Source of the DNA: Mobula birostris
Taxonomy: Eukaryota
Direction of reading: 5' to 3'
Length of the DNA stretch: 64,000 bases
Assembly (NCBI RefSeq): GCF_030028105.1
Contig: NC_092376.1
Span: 91,572,230-91,636,229 of the forward strand
The notes beneath the pieces are model-generated. The model saw nothing but the letters and a program-made list of their open reading frames with translations, was not told the origin of the DNA and did not search any database. The translations under genes were made by a program, and so were the position numbers. The stretch's first letter is position 1. Each line of letters starts with the position of its first letter. Of the stretch, positions 37,121 to 49,729 are shown one piece after another.

Positions 37121-38590
37121 AGGGCCAAAACCCTTTAGCAGGACTGGAGAAAAAAGGATGAGGAGTCAGAGTTAAAAGATGGGGGGAGGGGATGGAGAAT
37201 CACGAGGTGATAGGTGAAACCGGGATAGGGGAGGGGTGAAATGAAGAGCTGGGAAGTTGATTGACGAGAGATACAGGGCTGGAGAAGGGGGGATCTAATA
37301 TGAGAGGACAGAAGGCCATGGAAGAAAGGAAAGGGGGGGAGGGGAAGCACCAGAGGGAGGCGACAGGCAGGGGGAGATGAGGTGAGAGAAGGAAAGGGGG
37401 ATGGGGAGTGATGGGGGCGGGGGTCATTACCAGAACTTCAAGAAATCGATGTTCGTGCCATCAGGTAAGGTGTTGTTCTTCCAATCTGAGTATGGCGTCA
37501 TCGTGACAGCAGAGGAGGCCATGGAATAACCATCAGAATTGGAATGGGAAGTGGATTTAAAATGGGTGGGTACTGGGAGATCCTGCTTTCTCTGGTGGAT
37601 GGAGCATTGGTGCTCAGTGAAGCAATCTCCTAATCCACCATCAACACTGCCCTCAATTGCATCACTTCCATTTCATGCATGTCTGCTCTCGCCCCACCTC
37701 CTGCCACCCTACCAGTGATACGGTTCCTCTTGTCCTCACCTACCATCCCACCACCCTCTGTGTCTAGCACATAATTCTCCGTAAGATCCACCATCTCCAA
37801 TGGGATCCCATCTTCAAAGTATATCTTTACTCCCCACCCCCACTTCTGTTTTCCACAGGGATCACTCCCTATGTGACTCTATTTGTCCCTCCCTGCTGAT
37901 CTCCCTCCTGGCACTAATCCTCGCAAGCAGAACAAGTGCTGCACCTCTCTCCCTGTCATTTGGGGCCCCAAACAGCCCTTCCTGTGTCCGGTGCTCCCAT
38001 TGTGGCCTCCTGTATGTTAATGAGACCCAACATAAATTCAGGGATCGCTCCTCTGAACACCTACACCCTGCCAGAAAAAGCGGAATCTCCCAGTGGCCAC
38101 CCATTTTAATTCTACTTTCCATTCCGATATGTCTATCCATGGCCTTCTCTACTGTTGTGATGAGGCCATTCTCAGGTTGGAGCAACAACACCTTGTATTC
38201 CGTCTGGGTAGTCTTCAACCTGATGGCATAAACATCAATTTCTCAAACTTCTGCTGATGCACCCCTCCCCCCCCTTCACCATTCTCCGTCCTCTTTTTCC
38301 CTCTCTCTCCTTATCTGCTTGCCTGACCATCGCCTCCCTCTGATGCTCCTCCCCCACCCCCCTTTCTTTCTTCGATGCCCTTCTGTCCTCTCTTATTAGA
38401 TTCCCCCTTCTCCAGCCCTGTATCTCTTTCACCAATCAACTTCCCAGCTCTTTACTTCATCCCTCCCCCTCCTGGTTTCACCTTTCACCTTGTGTTTCTG
38501 CCTCCTCTCAACACCCCCCCCCCCACACACACACCTTTTAACTCTACTGCTCCAGTCCTACTGAAGGGTCTCGGCCCTAAACATCGATTC
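37121..38590. mobile_element. Neptune-type PLE as an inverted pair (37121-~37636 minus, ~37637-38590 plus)
   Basis: The plus copy encodes CVRCSHCGLLYVNET..KFRDRSSEHL and ends in a decayed hammerhead (CAGTCCTACTGAAGGGTCTCGGCCCTAAACATCGA). The left segment is the diverged reverse complement of its 3' part. Confidence 0.85.
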
Positions 38591-38592
38591 TA

Positions 38593-39675
38593 GCAAAGTT
38601 ACAATGTCACCTGCAGCTTTTAACTCTCAGAAAACTGATAGCCTATTTTCCGTTAATACTCACAAAGAAGAACTCTCACATACTCTGGAGGCCTTTCCTC
38701 CTTTATCCTGAACCTGTCTCATTTAAATATCAACTGGCCATCTTGTGAGAGATGTGCAACCCCTTTCCCAAATCATCAAATTTCAACCGGCCATATCCTT
38801 TCACCAGCAGCAATGTAAAAGGGACAACTGCTTACCTTAAATTCTGTGTCCAAACGGGTCGTCGGATCCCGTCAAGGTACCAGTCCCAATGGGCGAGGGG
38901 CAAAAATGCTGGGTCGGACACAAGGAGTAGCCAGAGGTAAACTACCTCGGGACGCCTGCCACTCAGTTGTGTTCGATTCAAGCTTCCTGTCACTTACTCA
39001 GCCCAGAGAGATGTTTCCTATGTTGGGATCCGAGTCACGACACCAAATGTAAATGTAACTTTGCTGGATCAAAAACGACAGCACAAAAAGATCGTTACTT
39101 ATCTTTTCACCCATTTATTTCTTTGAGCTCAGCTGGCAAGTGAACTTGGACCTGACATCAGGGAAAGAACCTTTCCAGCGGTTCTGCAAGTTCACTGCCC
39201 GATGTCAGAATTGTCAGAAGTTATAAGGCCATCGATACAAAAGAACAATCAGTTTGATAACCATTCTGGTGAAGTCAATGGATTACTGATACAGAGAACA
39301 ATCAGTTTGATAACTATTCCAGCCAAGTCAATGGACTATTGATACAAAAGTACAATCAATTTGTTAGACACTCCAGCCACCTTAATTAAAGGAAAGAATG
39401 TCCTACCTGGTTTGCTGGAGCCTTAATGACAAAGATAAGAACATCCGTCAAATTTGTGCTTTAATTAAGAAAGGAATGTTCTGTCCAATTTCCATCAGGT
39501 ACTGCTTTCTGTCAAAATCAAAAGGTGTGAAAAGCCCAGAGACATCTTATGTGGATCTGGGTGAAATTTAACCCTTATCTTGCTCCAAAGAAAGCAGCTA
39601 TGAGACATTATTCAAATACGCTGCAGTCACGGACATAGTCAGTACTGAATCCATTGTTTACAGGAATCTTGAGAA
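38593..39675 (-). mobile_element. Endogenous retrovirus remnant: LTR (~39675-39048), tRNA-His PBS and leader
   Basis: Minus-strand order: U3 tandem repeats, TATAA (~39221-39225), AATAAA (39114-39119), LTR end ...TTTACA (39048), TT, PBS TGGTGTCGTGACTCGGAT (39045-39028), donor AG|GTAAGC (38837-38830). The LTR 5' edge is uncertain (39662-39821). Confidence 0.8.
39234..39378. repeat. ~2.7 copies of a 53-54-bp tandem repeat in LTR U3
   Basis: Units start GATACA at 39234, 39288 and 39341. Each contains ACAAT(C). Confidence 0.85.
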
Positions 39676-39909
39676 TCCCCCATTCCTTTAAACTTTATCA
39701 GGCCTGATTATGAGGTTGGGGCAAGGATTGGCCGTGTCAGGTCCACAGTCATTGGTTTTAAAATTCTCTCCTAGTTACAAAGTTGGCATTCTGGTAGAGC
39801 TGTGGCAGGTCTGTTTTTACATGGAAGAACACAATTAGAACAGAGAAAAAGCAAAAGCCATATGACTATAAAGTAGTCATGGTGTTGAGAACCAGGATTA
39901 GCTTTAATA

Positions 39910-40530
39910 TCAATAGACAATAGGTGGAGTAGCCCATTCAGCCCTTTGAGCCAGCACCGCCATTCATTGTGATCATGGCTGATCATCCACAATCAGTACC
40001 CTTTTCCTGCCTTCTCCCCATATCCCTTGAGTCCGCTATCTTTAAGAGCTCTATCTAACTCTTTCTTGAAAGAATCCGGAGAATTGGCCTCCACTGCCTT
40101 CTGAGGCGGACCATTCCACAGAACCACAACCCTCTCTCCATTCTAAATGGTCTTCCCCTTATTCTTAAACTGTGGCCTCTGGTTCTGGACTCCCCCAACA
40201 TCGGGAACATGTTTCCTGCCTCTAGTGTGTCCAATCCCTTATATGTTTCAATCAGATCCCCTCTCATCCTTCTAAATTCCAGTGTATACAAGCCCATTCG
40301 CTCCAATCTTTCAACATATGACAGTCCCACTGTCCCGGGAATTAACCTCTTGAACCTACACTGCACTCCCTCAATAGCTAGAATGTCCTTCCTCAAATTT
40401 GGAGACCAAAACTGCACACAATACTCCAGGTGTGGTCTCACCAGGGCCCTGTACAACTGCAGAGGGACCTCTTTGCTCCTATACTCAACTCCCCTTGTTA
40501 TGAAGACCAACGTGCCATTAGCTTTCACCG
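39910..40530 (-). mobile_element. CR1 3' end
   Basis: LYRALVRPHLEYCVQFWSP...LEFRRMRGDLIETYK. Confidence 0.9.
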
Positions 40531-41092
40531 GCATATACAGTCAAATTTGCTAACTTTGCAGCAGCAGTACAATGCAATATGTGAAAAACATAGAAAAGAA
40601 CTGAATTACATTAAGTATGTATATTAAATAATTAAAATAGGTAGTGTGAAAACAGAAATTTAAAAAAAGTAGTGAGCTAGTGTTCATCAGTTTCCATTTA
40701 GGAATCGGATGGCAGAGAGGAAGAGGCTGTCCCTGAGTCGTTGAGTGTGTGCCTTCAGGCTTCGGTACCTCCTTCCTGATGGTAACAATGAGAAGAAGGC
40801 ATGTCCTGGGTTGTGGGGGTGCTTGATAATGGAAGCTGCTTTTCTGAGGCACTGCTCTTTGAGATGTCTTGGATAATTTGGAGGCTAGCACTCATAACGG
40901 AACTGACGGATTTTGTAACTCTCTGCAGCTCACTTCAATCCTGTGCAACAGGCCCCCATACTAGACAGTGCTACAGCCTGTTAGAATGCTCTCCACGGTA
41001 CATCTGTAGAAGTTTTCCAGTGTTTTGGTCTCCTCAAACTCTTGATGAAATATAGCTACTGGCTTGCCTTCTTTATAGCTGCATCGATATGA
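40531..41092 (-). mobile_element. Rex1/Babar-type LINE 3' fragment, resuming at ~43762-43920 after a CR1 insertion
   Basis: Similar to 34022-34700. The sequence continues (TTAGATCCTCAGATATTG...) beyond the CR1 tail. More Rex-like remnants extend to ~44720. Confidence 0.65.
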
Positions 41093-43761
41093 TGGGATGG
41101 CTGCCATTGGGAGTTGAACGTCCAAGGACATACGGTGTATCGGAGAGATAGGTTTGTAAGCAGAGGAGGTGGTGTGGCTGTGTGTATAAAAAATAATATT
41201 AAATCATTAGAAGGGGATGACATAGATCGGAAGGTGCAGAGTCTTGGGTTGAGTTGAGAAATGGCAGGGGTAAAAGGACCTCCAAACAGTAGCCGGGATG
41301 TGGATTACAAATTACAGCAGGAGATAGAAAGGCATGTCAGAAGGGCAATGTCATGATAATCGTTGGGAATTTTAACATGCAAGTGGATTGGGAAAACCAG
41401 GTCAGTCCTGGGCCTCAAGAGAGAGAATTTGTAGAATGTCTAAGGGATGGCTTTTTAGAACAACCTGTTGTTGAGCCCACTAGGGGATCGGCTGTGCTGG
41501 ATTGGGTGTTGTGCAATGATCCGGAGGTGATAACAGAGTTTGAGGTTACAGAACCCTTAGGGAACAGTGATCACAATATGATCGAGTTCACTTTGAAATT
41601 TGAGAAGGAGAAACTATAAATTCCAATGTGTCAGTATTTCAGTGGAACAAAAGAAATTACAATGGCATGAGAGGGGAACCGGCCAAAGTTGACTGGAAAG
41701 GGGCACTAGCAGGAAGGGCAGCAGAGCAGCAATGGCTGGAGTTTCTGCAAAAAATGAGGGAAGTGCAAGACAGATATATTCCAAATAAGAAATTTTCAAA
41801 GGGAAGAAGGACACTACCGTGGCTGACAAGTGAAGTCAGAGCCAAAGTAAAAGCAAAAGAGAGGGCATACAAGGAAGCCAAAGCTAGTGGGAAGATAGAG
41901 GATTGGAGATGAATTATGAAAGGAAGCTGGTGACTAATATCAAAGAATATATTAAAAGTTTTTTTAAATATACAAAGGGTAAAAGAGAGTCGAGGGTAGA
42001 TATAGGACCAATAGAAAATGATGCTGGAAATATTGTAATGAGAGATGCAGAGATGGCGGAAGAACTGAATGTGTATTTTGTGTCAGTCTTCACAGTGGAA
42101 GACATCTGCAGTATACCGGGCATTCAAGAGTGTCGGGGAAGTGAAGTATGTGCAGTGAAAATTACAACTGAGAAGGTGCTCAGGAAGCTTAATGGTCTGA
42201 GGGTGGATAAATCTGGATCTGATGGAATGCACCCTTGGGTTCCAAAGGAAGGCGCTGGAAAGATTGCGGAGGCATTAACAATGACCTTTCAAGAATCAAT
42301 AGCTTTTGGCATTGTACCAGATGACTGGAAAATTGCAGATGTTACTCTGCTATTTAAGAAAGATGGGAGGCAGCAGAAAGGAAACTATAGACCTGTTAGC
42401 CTGGCGTCAGTGGTTGGGAAGTTATTGGAATCGATTGTTAGGGATGAGATTACAGAGTACCTGGAGACGCATGACAAGATACGCCAAGGTTTCCTGAAAG
42501 GAAAATCCTGCCTGTCTAACCTATTGCAATTTTTCTAGGGAATTACAAGCAGCGTAGACAAGGGAGATGCTGTAGATGTGGTGTACTTGGATTTTCAGAA
42601 GGTCTTTGACAAGGTGCAGCACATGAGGCTGCTCAGCAAGATAAGAGCCCATGGAATTACGGAGAAGTTACTAGCGTAGGTGAAGCACTAGCTGGTTGGC
42701 GGAAACAGAGATTGGTAATAAAGGGATCCTCTTCTGGCTGGCTGCTAGTTACCAGTGGAGTTCCACAGGGGTCGATGCTGGGACCGCTGCTTTTTACAAT
42801 GTATGTCAATGATTTGGATTATGGGATTAATGTATTTGTGGCTAAATTTGCTGATGATGCAAAGATAGGTGGAGGAGCAGGTAATGTTGAGGAAACAGAA
42901 AGCCCTGCGGAGAGACTTAGATAATTTAGCGGAATGGGCAAAGAAGTAGCATATGAGATGCAATGTTGGAAAGTGTATGGTTATGCACTTTGGTGGAAGA
43001 AATAAATGGGCAGACTATTATTTAGATTGGGAGAGAATTCAAAATGCCAAAATGCAAAGGGGCTTGGGAGTCCTTGTGCAGGGTAGCCTCAAGGTTAACC
43101 TCCAGGTTGAGTCCGTGGTGAAGAAAGCAAATGCAATGTTGACATTCATCTCTAGAGGTATAGAATGTAAGAGCAGGGATGTGATTTTGAGGCTGTATAA
43201 GGCACTCATGAGACCGCACAGTATTGTGTGCAGTTTTAAGCTCCTTATTTTAGAAAGGATATACTGAGGGTTCAGAGAAGATTCAAGCAAATGATTCCAG
43301 GAATGAAAGGGTTATCGTATGAGGAACGTCTGGCAGCTCTTGGGCTGTATTCCCTGGAGTTCGGGAGAATGAGGGGGGATCTCAGAAACATTCCGAATGT
43401 TAAAAGGCCTGAACAAATTAGATATGGGAGATGTATTCCATGGTAGGGGAGTCTAGGACAAGAGAGCACGACTTCAGGATTGAAGGATGTCCATTTAGTA
43501 CAAAAATGTGGAGAAATTACTTTAGTCAGAGGGTGATAAATCTGTGGAATTCGTTGCCATGAGTGGCTGTGGAGGCCTATCCATTGGGTGTGTTTAAGGC
43601 AGGGATAGATAGGTTCTTGATTAGCCAGGGCATCAAAGGGTATGGGGAGAAGGCAGGGGAGTGGGGTTGACTGGAAGAAATGCATCAGCCCATGATTGAA
43701 TGGCGGAGCAGACTCGATGGTCTGAATGGCCTACTTCTGCTCCTATATCTTTTGGTCTTAT
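41093..43761 (+). mobile_element. CR1 ORF2 to 3' tail, degenerate
   Basis: Endonuclease and RT ORF pieces at 41353-43267. Tail CCTATATCTTTTGGTCTTATG. Confidence 0.92.
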
Positions 43762-46064
43762 GTTAGATCCTCAGATATTGAAACCCAGGGACTTGAAATT
43801 GTTCATACTCTTCACTTATGACCCTTCTCATTGGATTTGTTCGTGTTCTCTCATCTTACCCTTTCTGAAGTCCACAATCAGTTCTTTGGTTGTACTGACA
43901 TTGAGTGCAAGGTAGTTGCTAAACTGTAGCGATTGAGGTTTAGCTGATTGTTTCAAGAACCAAATGGTTGAAGGGGAGTAGCTGTTCTAGTGGTGTGGGA
44001 CTTGAGGCTCTGTACCTTCTGTCGGATGGTAGCTGCGAATAGATGGCCTCCTGTAGATAGTAACAGTGAGTTGGAACATGCCCATGATATATTGGGCAGA
44101 GTCCACACCTTTATATTGCTGTACCAGATCATGCTGCAATCAGTCCAGATCTATTGAACTTAACATCTTCAAACATTTATGAGAGAGTTTACTGACAAGC
44201 TGAACCTCCTTAACCTCCAAAGAAAGTTAGGACAGCAGCATGCTTTCCTTATGATTGTATCTGTGAGTTTGGCTCATGATATATTTAATGCCCAGGAATT
44301 TAAATTTGCTGACTCCCTCACTGCTGATTCCCCCAATGTAGGCTGGTGCACGTTCAATCTCCTTACATTTCCTGAAGTTAATATTCAGTTCTTCTGTTTT
44401 ACCGACATTAAACGAGCAATTGTTATTGTGGCATCACTCAGTCAGGTGTCCTATGTCACTGGTAAGCTGACTCATCGCTGCTGTAATTTGTCCAACCCCA
44501 GAAGTGTTGTTGCAGATTTGAAGATGACGTTGTAGCTGTGCTTAGTACACAGTCACATGCATAGAGAGTAAAAGAGTAAAGCAGAGGGCTAAGCATGCAA
44601 CCGTGAGGTGTGTTTGTGTTACTGATCAGCGAGGAGGAGATAGTAACCACTCTTCATTGATTGAGGTCTGTCAACGAGGAAGTCAAGTATCCAGTTGTAA
44701 AGGAAAGTACGAGGCCCAATACCTTCAATAAGTTTAACTGGTTTTAAGCATGTTAATCCTTTTTTTTAAGTTAATGTCTTGGCTTTCTTAACATCTGCTT
44801 GAGGAAGAGGTTTATCAATGTCCAGTTTGACCTCCAGAACAATATTATTAAGTGGCACATACTCTCCAGTAATCTGCCTGCTGATACCTACTGGGTTTCA
44901 CAAGACCACTTGACTCACCAGTCCTTTGGCCAAATATGAACCAAAAAGGTTAATTCCAGAGAGGATGAGAATGACTGCCTAACGTCAAACAACATTGGAT
45001 GCCAGAACCCCTGGTAAACTGATGCAAATAACTTATAATTCATAAAGTTATTATTGTTGAAGATCATTCATCCATCCCAGGAGTTCGTTGAAACAGTGCA
45101 AGAGCCATGTCCTTAGCCATGACTGAATATTCAACAGGACCAGCCGTCAGAATATGCCTCTACAAGAAAGTCAGACATTGGGTGTTGAAAAGCAGAAGTA
45201 GCTGTAGATGCTGGAAATTAAAATTAATGTTGAAATTTTCAGGAACATCAAGCAAAATGTCAGAAGAACATAATCCATGATTCAGGGTGATGACCTTTCA
45301 TCAAAACTGAGAAAAGTCTTTAAAAACGAATTATATTTCAAGTTGCAGAGAAGGAGCAATGGGGTTTCTGCATGAGAATGAATGACTCAAGTAGTGTTCA
45401 TGTCATTAGGAGAAGGTGATATATATAGGCTTTTAATCACAGTTGATCTCTCTAGGGGAAACATTTCCCTGGGCTGTTTGTGATGGCAATATTTGCTGGT
45501 CTTGTGATTCAAAAAAAACTCGATAATTTTATCCATTCTTGTAGAACATAGAACAATTCAAGGAATACAGGATACCTTTGGCTAAGCATTCTCATGTTGG
45601 TAACAATTTTGGAATTGCATGTATGGGAAAAAAAAACAACTTCAGGAGAAATGTGTTCCTTGTGCATCCATCTGACATGGTTTATGAATACAATGTCATT
45701 AGTGAATTTCAAGCTATGTTCTAGTTTATCAGAGTCAGAGCCCTCAGTTGAAATTATTGTAAACCATGGAGCAGCAAGCATTTTCGAAGGTAATTATTGT
45801 ATCATTGTCAGATGTTGGTGTTGTAGCTTGCTACCTGTGCTATATTCATGATTTTTTTTTAAATGCACGAAATGTAGAAATGGTGAAGAATATTTTGACA
45901 CCACTATATTCTTCTAAGCCATTAGTAATTTTTTAAAAAAACTTTGACCTTTTTCCAAGCAAATGCAACATAATATTATTTTGTTGTAGGATACAAACAA
46001 ATTTATAGCGAAAAATATCAAATGGAGCAAAAGCTTACAAGTACTGTAAAACTCCAATTTGACT

Positions 46065-46222
46065 GCAGTGGATTCTGGTTAATTGGGACCAGTACATTTT
46101 GCATTTTGTCCCAATTAAACAGCTGGCTCAATTAGTCGAATTTTCATGGAAATAGTTAAGGTATTTAAAAAAAAAGACAAAGTGAGTAACAAACTATGCA
46201 TTTAAATGAAATAGAGAACAAG
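46065..46222. mobile_element. Tc1/mariner-Tigger-like MITE fragment
   Basis: CAGTGGATTCTGGTTAATTGGGAC...GTCCCAATTAA internal inverted motif. Confidence 0.4.
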
Positions 46223-46791
46223 TTAGCACCTGCTCCACCCCCTGCCCCTGGCACTCCTTCTCTGCCAGTTTTCCCACACCCTTCCTGAGATGCTCCCCCC
46301 CCCCCGCCCCGCCATTCCAAACATCCTTTGCTGCTGCCAGATTTACAAACTCGCCATGTTGACAAATATACTGTGGTGCAAAAAGCCTCTTAGGCTCCCT
46401 AGCATATATACATATATATGTACCTAAGAGATTTGCACAGTACAAACCTGATGGTGTGGGACTTGGAGGCTTCTGTTCCTCCTGCCAGATGGGAGCTAAG
46501 AAAAGATGGCGTGGCCCAGGTGGTATGGATCTTGAATAATTTTGCCACCTTGATGCAGCACCACCTGTAGATATTACCAATTGTGCAGAAGGATGTGCGG
46601 CTTCTTAAATTCCTCTGCTGTACCATTGCTATATTGACATAGCAGACCACGATACACCTAGTCATTTATAGCTGATAGATATCATTTTAATCTTTTACAA
46701 AATAATTATGCGGCAAATACTGAAGGATTAATCTGTGTATTTTTTTTATAGAACAGATGTAGCTGAGAAACTGGTGCCTTTGAAAGAGACT

Positions 46792-47805
46792 ATGATGGAG
46801 AAAACATGGAAGTCATGGAACTATGTCAGGAAATGGCTGATTGTCTTGATATCATGGTCCTGGAGTCTGTGCCGGATTTCTCTACTAGCTCTGATTTTAA
46901 CCTTCCACTTGTATGGAGGCATCTTTTTGCTTTTTTTGATCCTTGCATCAGTAGCAGGTATATTGTACAAATTCCAAGATGTACTCCTCTACTTCCCAGA
47001 GCAACCACCTTCGTCACGTTTGTATGTTCCTGTACCTACTGGAATCCCACATGAAAATCTTTTTGTTAAAACCAAAGATGGAATCCGACTTAATTTGATT
47101 CTGTTGAGATACACTGGAGATAATGCTTCATATTCACCAACCATAATCTATTTTCATGGCAATGCTGGTAATATTGGTCACAGGATACAAAATGCGCTGT
47201 TGATGATGGTCAATCTAAAAGTTAATGTACTACTTGTAGATTATAGAGGTTACGGAAGGAGTGAGGGGGAACCGAGTGAAAAAGGCCTTTACTTGGATTC
47301 AGAAGCTGTGTTGGATTATGTTATGACCAGACCTGATCTTGATAAAACCAAAATAATCTTATTTGGTCGCTCTTTGGGTGGTGCAGTTGCTATTCACTTG
47401 GCCTCAGAGAATCCACATAGGATTTTTGCAATAATTATTGAGAACACCTTCCTCAGTATCCCACATATGGCCAGCACTTTGTTCTCCTTCTTTCCCATGA
47501 GGTATCTTCCACTTTGGTGCTACAAGAACAAATTTTTGTCCTACAACAAGATTGCCCAGTGCAGGATGCCATCCCTTTTGATTTCTGGATTGTCAGACCA
47601 GCTAATTCCACCAGTCATGATGAAACAACTCTGTGAGCTGTCTGCATCACGGACTAAGAGACTAGTCATTTTTCCGGATGGAACTCATAATGATACCTGG
47701 CAGTGCCAGGGCTATTTTGCTGCTCTTGAACAATTCATCAAAGAGTTATTAAAAAATAATTCACATGAAGAAGTAAAAACCACATCTAATGTAACAATAA
47801 TATAA
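46792..47805 (+). CDS. ABHD13: Alpha/beta-hydrolase domain-containing protein 13 (single coding exon, 336-337 aa)
   Basis: [16 protein letters not shown]..., [26 protein letters not shown], nucleophile motif GRSLGG, DQLIPP, GTHNDTW, and terminal NVTII. ATG at 46792 or 46795. Acceptor TTTTTTTATAG ends at 46751. Confidence 0.99.
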   Translation: MMEKTWKSWNYVRKWLIVLISWSWSLCRISLLALILTFHLYGGIFLLFLILASVAGILYKFQDVLLYFPEQPPSSRLYVPVPTGIPHENLFVKTKDGIRLNLILLRYTGDNASYSPTIIYFHGNAGNIGHRIQNALLMMVNLKVNVLLVDYRGYGRSEGEPSEKGLYLDSEAVLDYVMTRPDLDKTKIILFGRSLGGAVAIHLASENPHRIFAIIIENTFLSIPHMASTLFSFFPMRYLPLWCYKNKFLSYNKIAQCRMPSLLISGLSDQLIPPVMMKQLCELSASRTKRLVIFPDGTHNDTWQCQGYFAALEQFIKELLKNNSHEEVKTTSNVTII

Positions 47806-49612
47806 TTTTTTCTGTATATAGTGTAAATTTTACATGTGTATGTACAGAAAAGATGAAGGTTAACTTGGAAGTCATTATTGGATATTTTACCACTAGTGGT
47901 AGAATATTTTTACCTGTTTCAGTGCATGAGAGAAGTATACTGATGTTTCATACAGAGTTTGTTGATCTGATCAGCTACGTTGTTCAATATTGTAATAATA
48001 AGGTTTCCTTTAGTGAGCACCGTATGAACTAAGCATCATTTTATTTATTCCCCTTTTGCGTTAAAATGATTTAATTTTGTCAGCAATTTTGTACCTTTTG
48101 CAATTGACAGAATTGTCTATGCACCAAATGCATAGTTATCTTTTTTCAGAAGTGACAAGTGCTCCATGTGCAATTAAGTTGAGACTAGTTTATCCTAATC
48201 TTAATTGTTCATAAATAAAAATGTGTGATTGGATTATTATGAATTTGAGATTTTATTTCCTTAACTCTTTTGTTGCCCTTGAGCATGAATGTTTCAGCTC
48301 CATCACCTGTGTTGTAACTAAATGTATTCAATAGATGACAGTAGAAAAAGTAAACTTCTTTTGAAATTTTGATGTGGATTCTTGTGGAACCAATCCACCC
48401 ATTCAATTTAAAAAGCATGAGAAGTGAAATGTAGTTTGTTGCAATTCTATAATTTTAGCATTGATCCAGTTTCTTGTACAACTGTTGAGTCTTATTGACT
48501 CTTGTAGCTCTTAATTGTATTTTATTTGTATTGTTTTTAAGCAATATTTTTGTTCCAACCCTTTTCTGTATTTCTCTACCTCCAGAAATTTGTTGTTTCG
48601 AGTTTTCTTTGTAAGTCCTAATGTGGCGAAAATGCGTTTCATTACATACAATCAAAGTATTAAACATTAAACACAAAATGATTTTATACTTAAACAGAGC
48701 TGGAATAAAACATTCAACCCAGCTTAATGTATTAAATTCAGAAACACAGAAGCTGAAATCTGCTATTCCATGTAAGATTCCTTAGTGACATAGTGAAGTG
48801 TTCTAATTACATCACATTTAGGAATTCCTAAAAAAAAACCCTGCCTTCTAATGTGAAGAGCCAGTTGCTATAAAAATATTAAGAATTTGTCTTAGTTGAT
48901 GTTCTTCATATTATCAAGGAAGTAATTTGAATCTTTGGTGTTCTAACCTTGAAAATTACTTCAGTTCAAAGGATTAAGCCAAAGAGTTACACAGCAGTAA
49001 CAAAAGTTTACAGTGAGTTTATGTGCTTTTGGAGCTGACTTGAAATTACTGCTCTTCTTGGTATGTATGAATTAAAAAAAAATCTTTCTTTGGTCTGACA
49101 ATATTCACCGTTAACCTTTAATTGGTCTAAGATTGATATTGTAGTTATTGTATAGAAGTGATGAAAGACAACTTTGCTTATATGTAAAGAATAGTTTAAT
49201 TGAAAATGAGTTTGCACCATGTATGCTAATACATGTAGTTTTTCACTATGCATTCTACCAGGAGTATTGCTAAATTTAAATGTAACTTCTTTTATGAAAT
49301 ACAAAATGCAAATTGTTTTTGAAAAGTTTGGAATTTTCTGTAATTCTGCACAATAATATTTTGTCTAATTTTTTTTTGCCTCAGCTGACTCTTGTATCTG
49401 TTCCAGAAGGTCTTTACATTCTTGTTTACAACCTTATCCAGAAGATTTGATTGAAGCTCCAACGTGCTTAGCGTGCTGTTGGCCATGCCAATCACAGGAA
49501 TGGTACATGAAATGAAAACTGATTCTTTCTGAAGTTTAGCAAACCATGGTTTACATATCTAACTCTTGGAGCAGCAAGACTGCAAGTGTTCAGCTTTTCT
49601 GATTTCCTGTAT

Positions 49613-49623
49613 AATAAAATAAA
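49613..49623 (+). terminator. ABHD13: Candidate distal polyadenylation signal of ABHD13
   Basis: Overlapping AATAAAATAAA followed by a GT/T-rich tract, at the end of a ~1.8 kb AT-rich stretch with no recognisable repeats. Other AATAAA at 48214 and 48704. Confidence 0.5.
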
Positions 49624-49729
49624 GTTTATTTAAATTTTCATCCTAATTATGTTTGTCTTTTTTCTGCAGTGGATTTATGGTAGCTTAGCAATAATAGCTG
49701 CGGTTCTCTAAGATGAAAATATTCTGTAA

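Noticed and set aside
46735-46791. N-terminal extension of ABHD13
   Set aside because: Starts at GTG inside the intron polypyrimidine tract. Homology begins at MEK.
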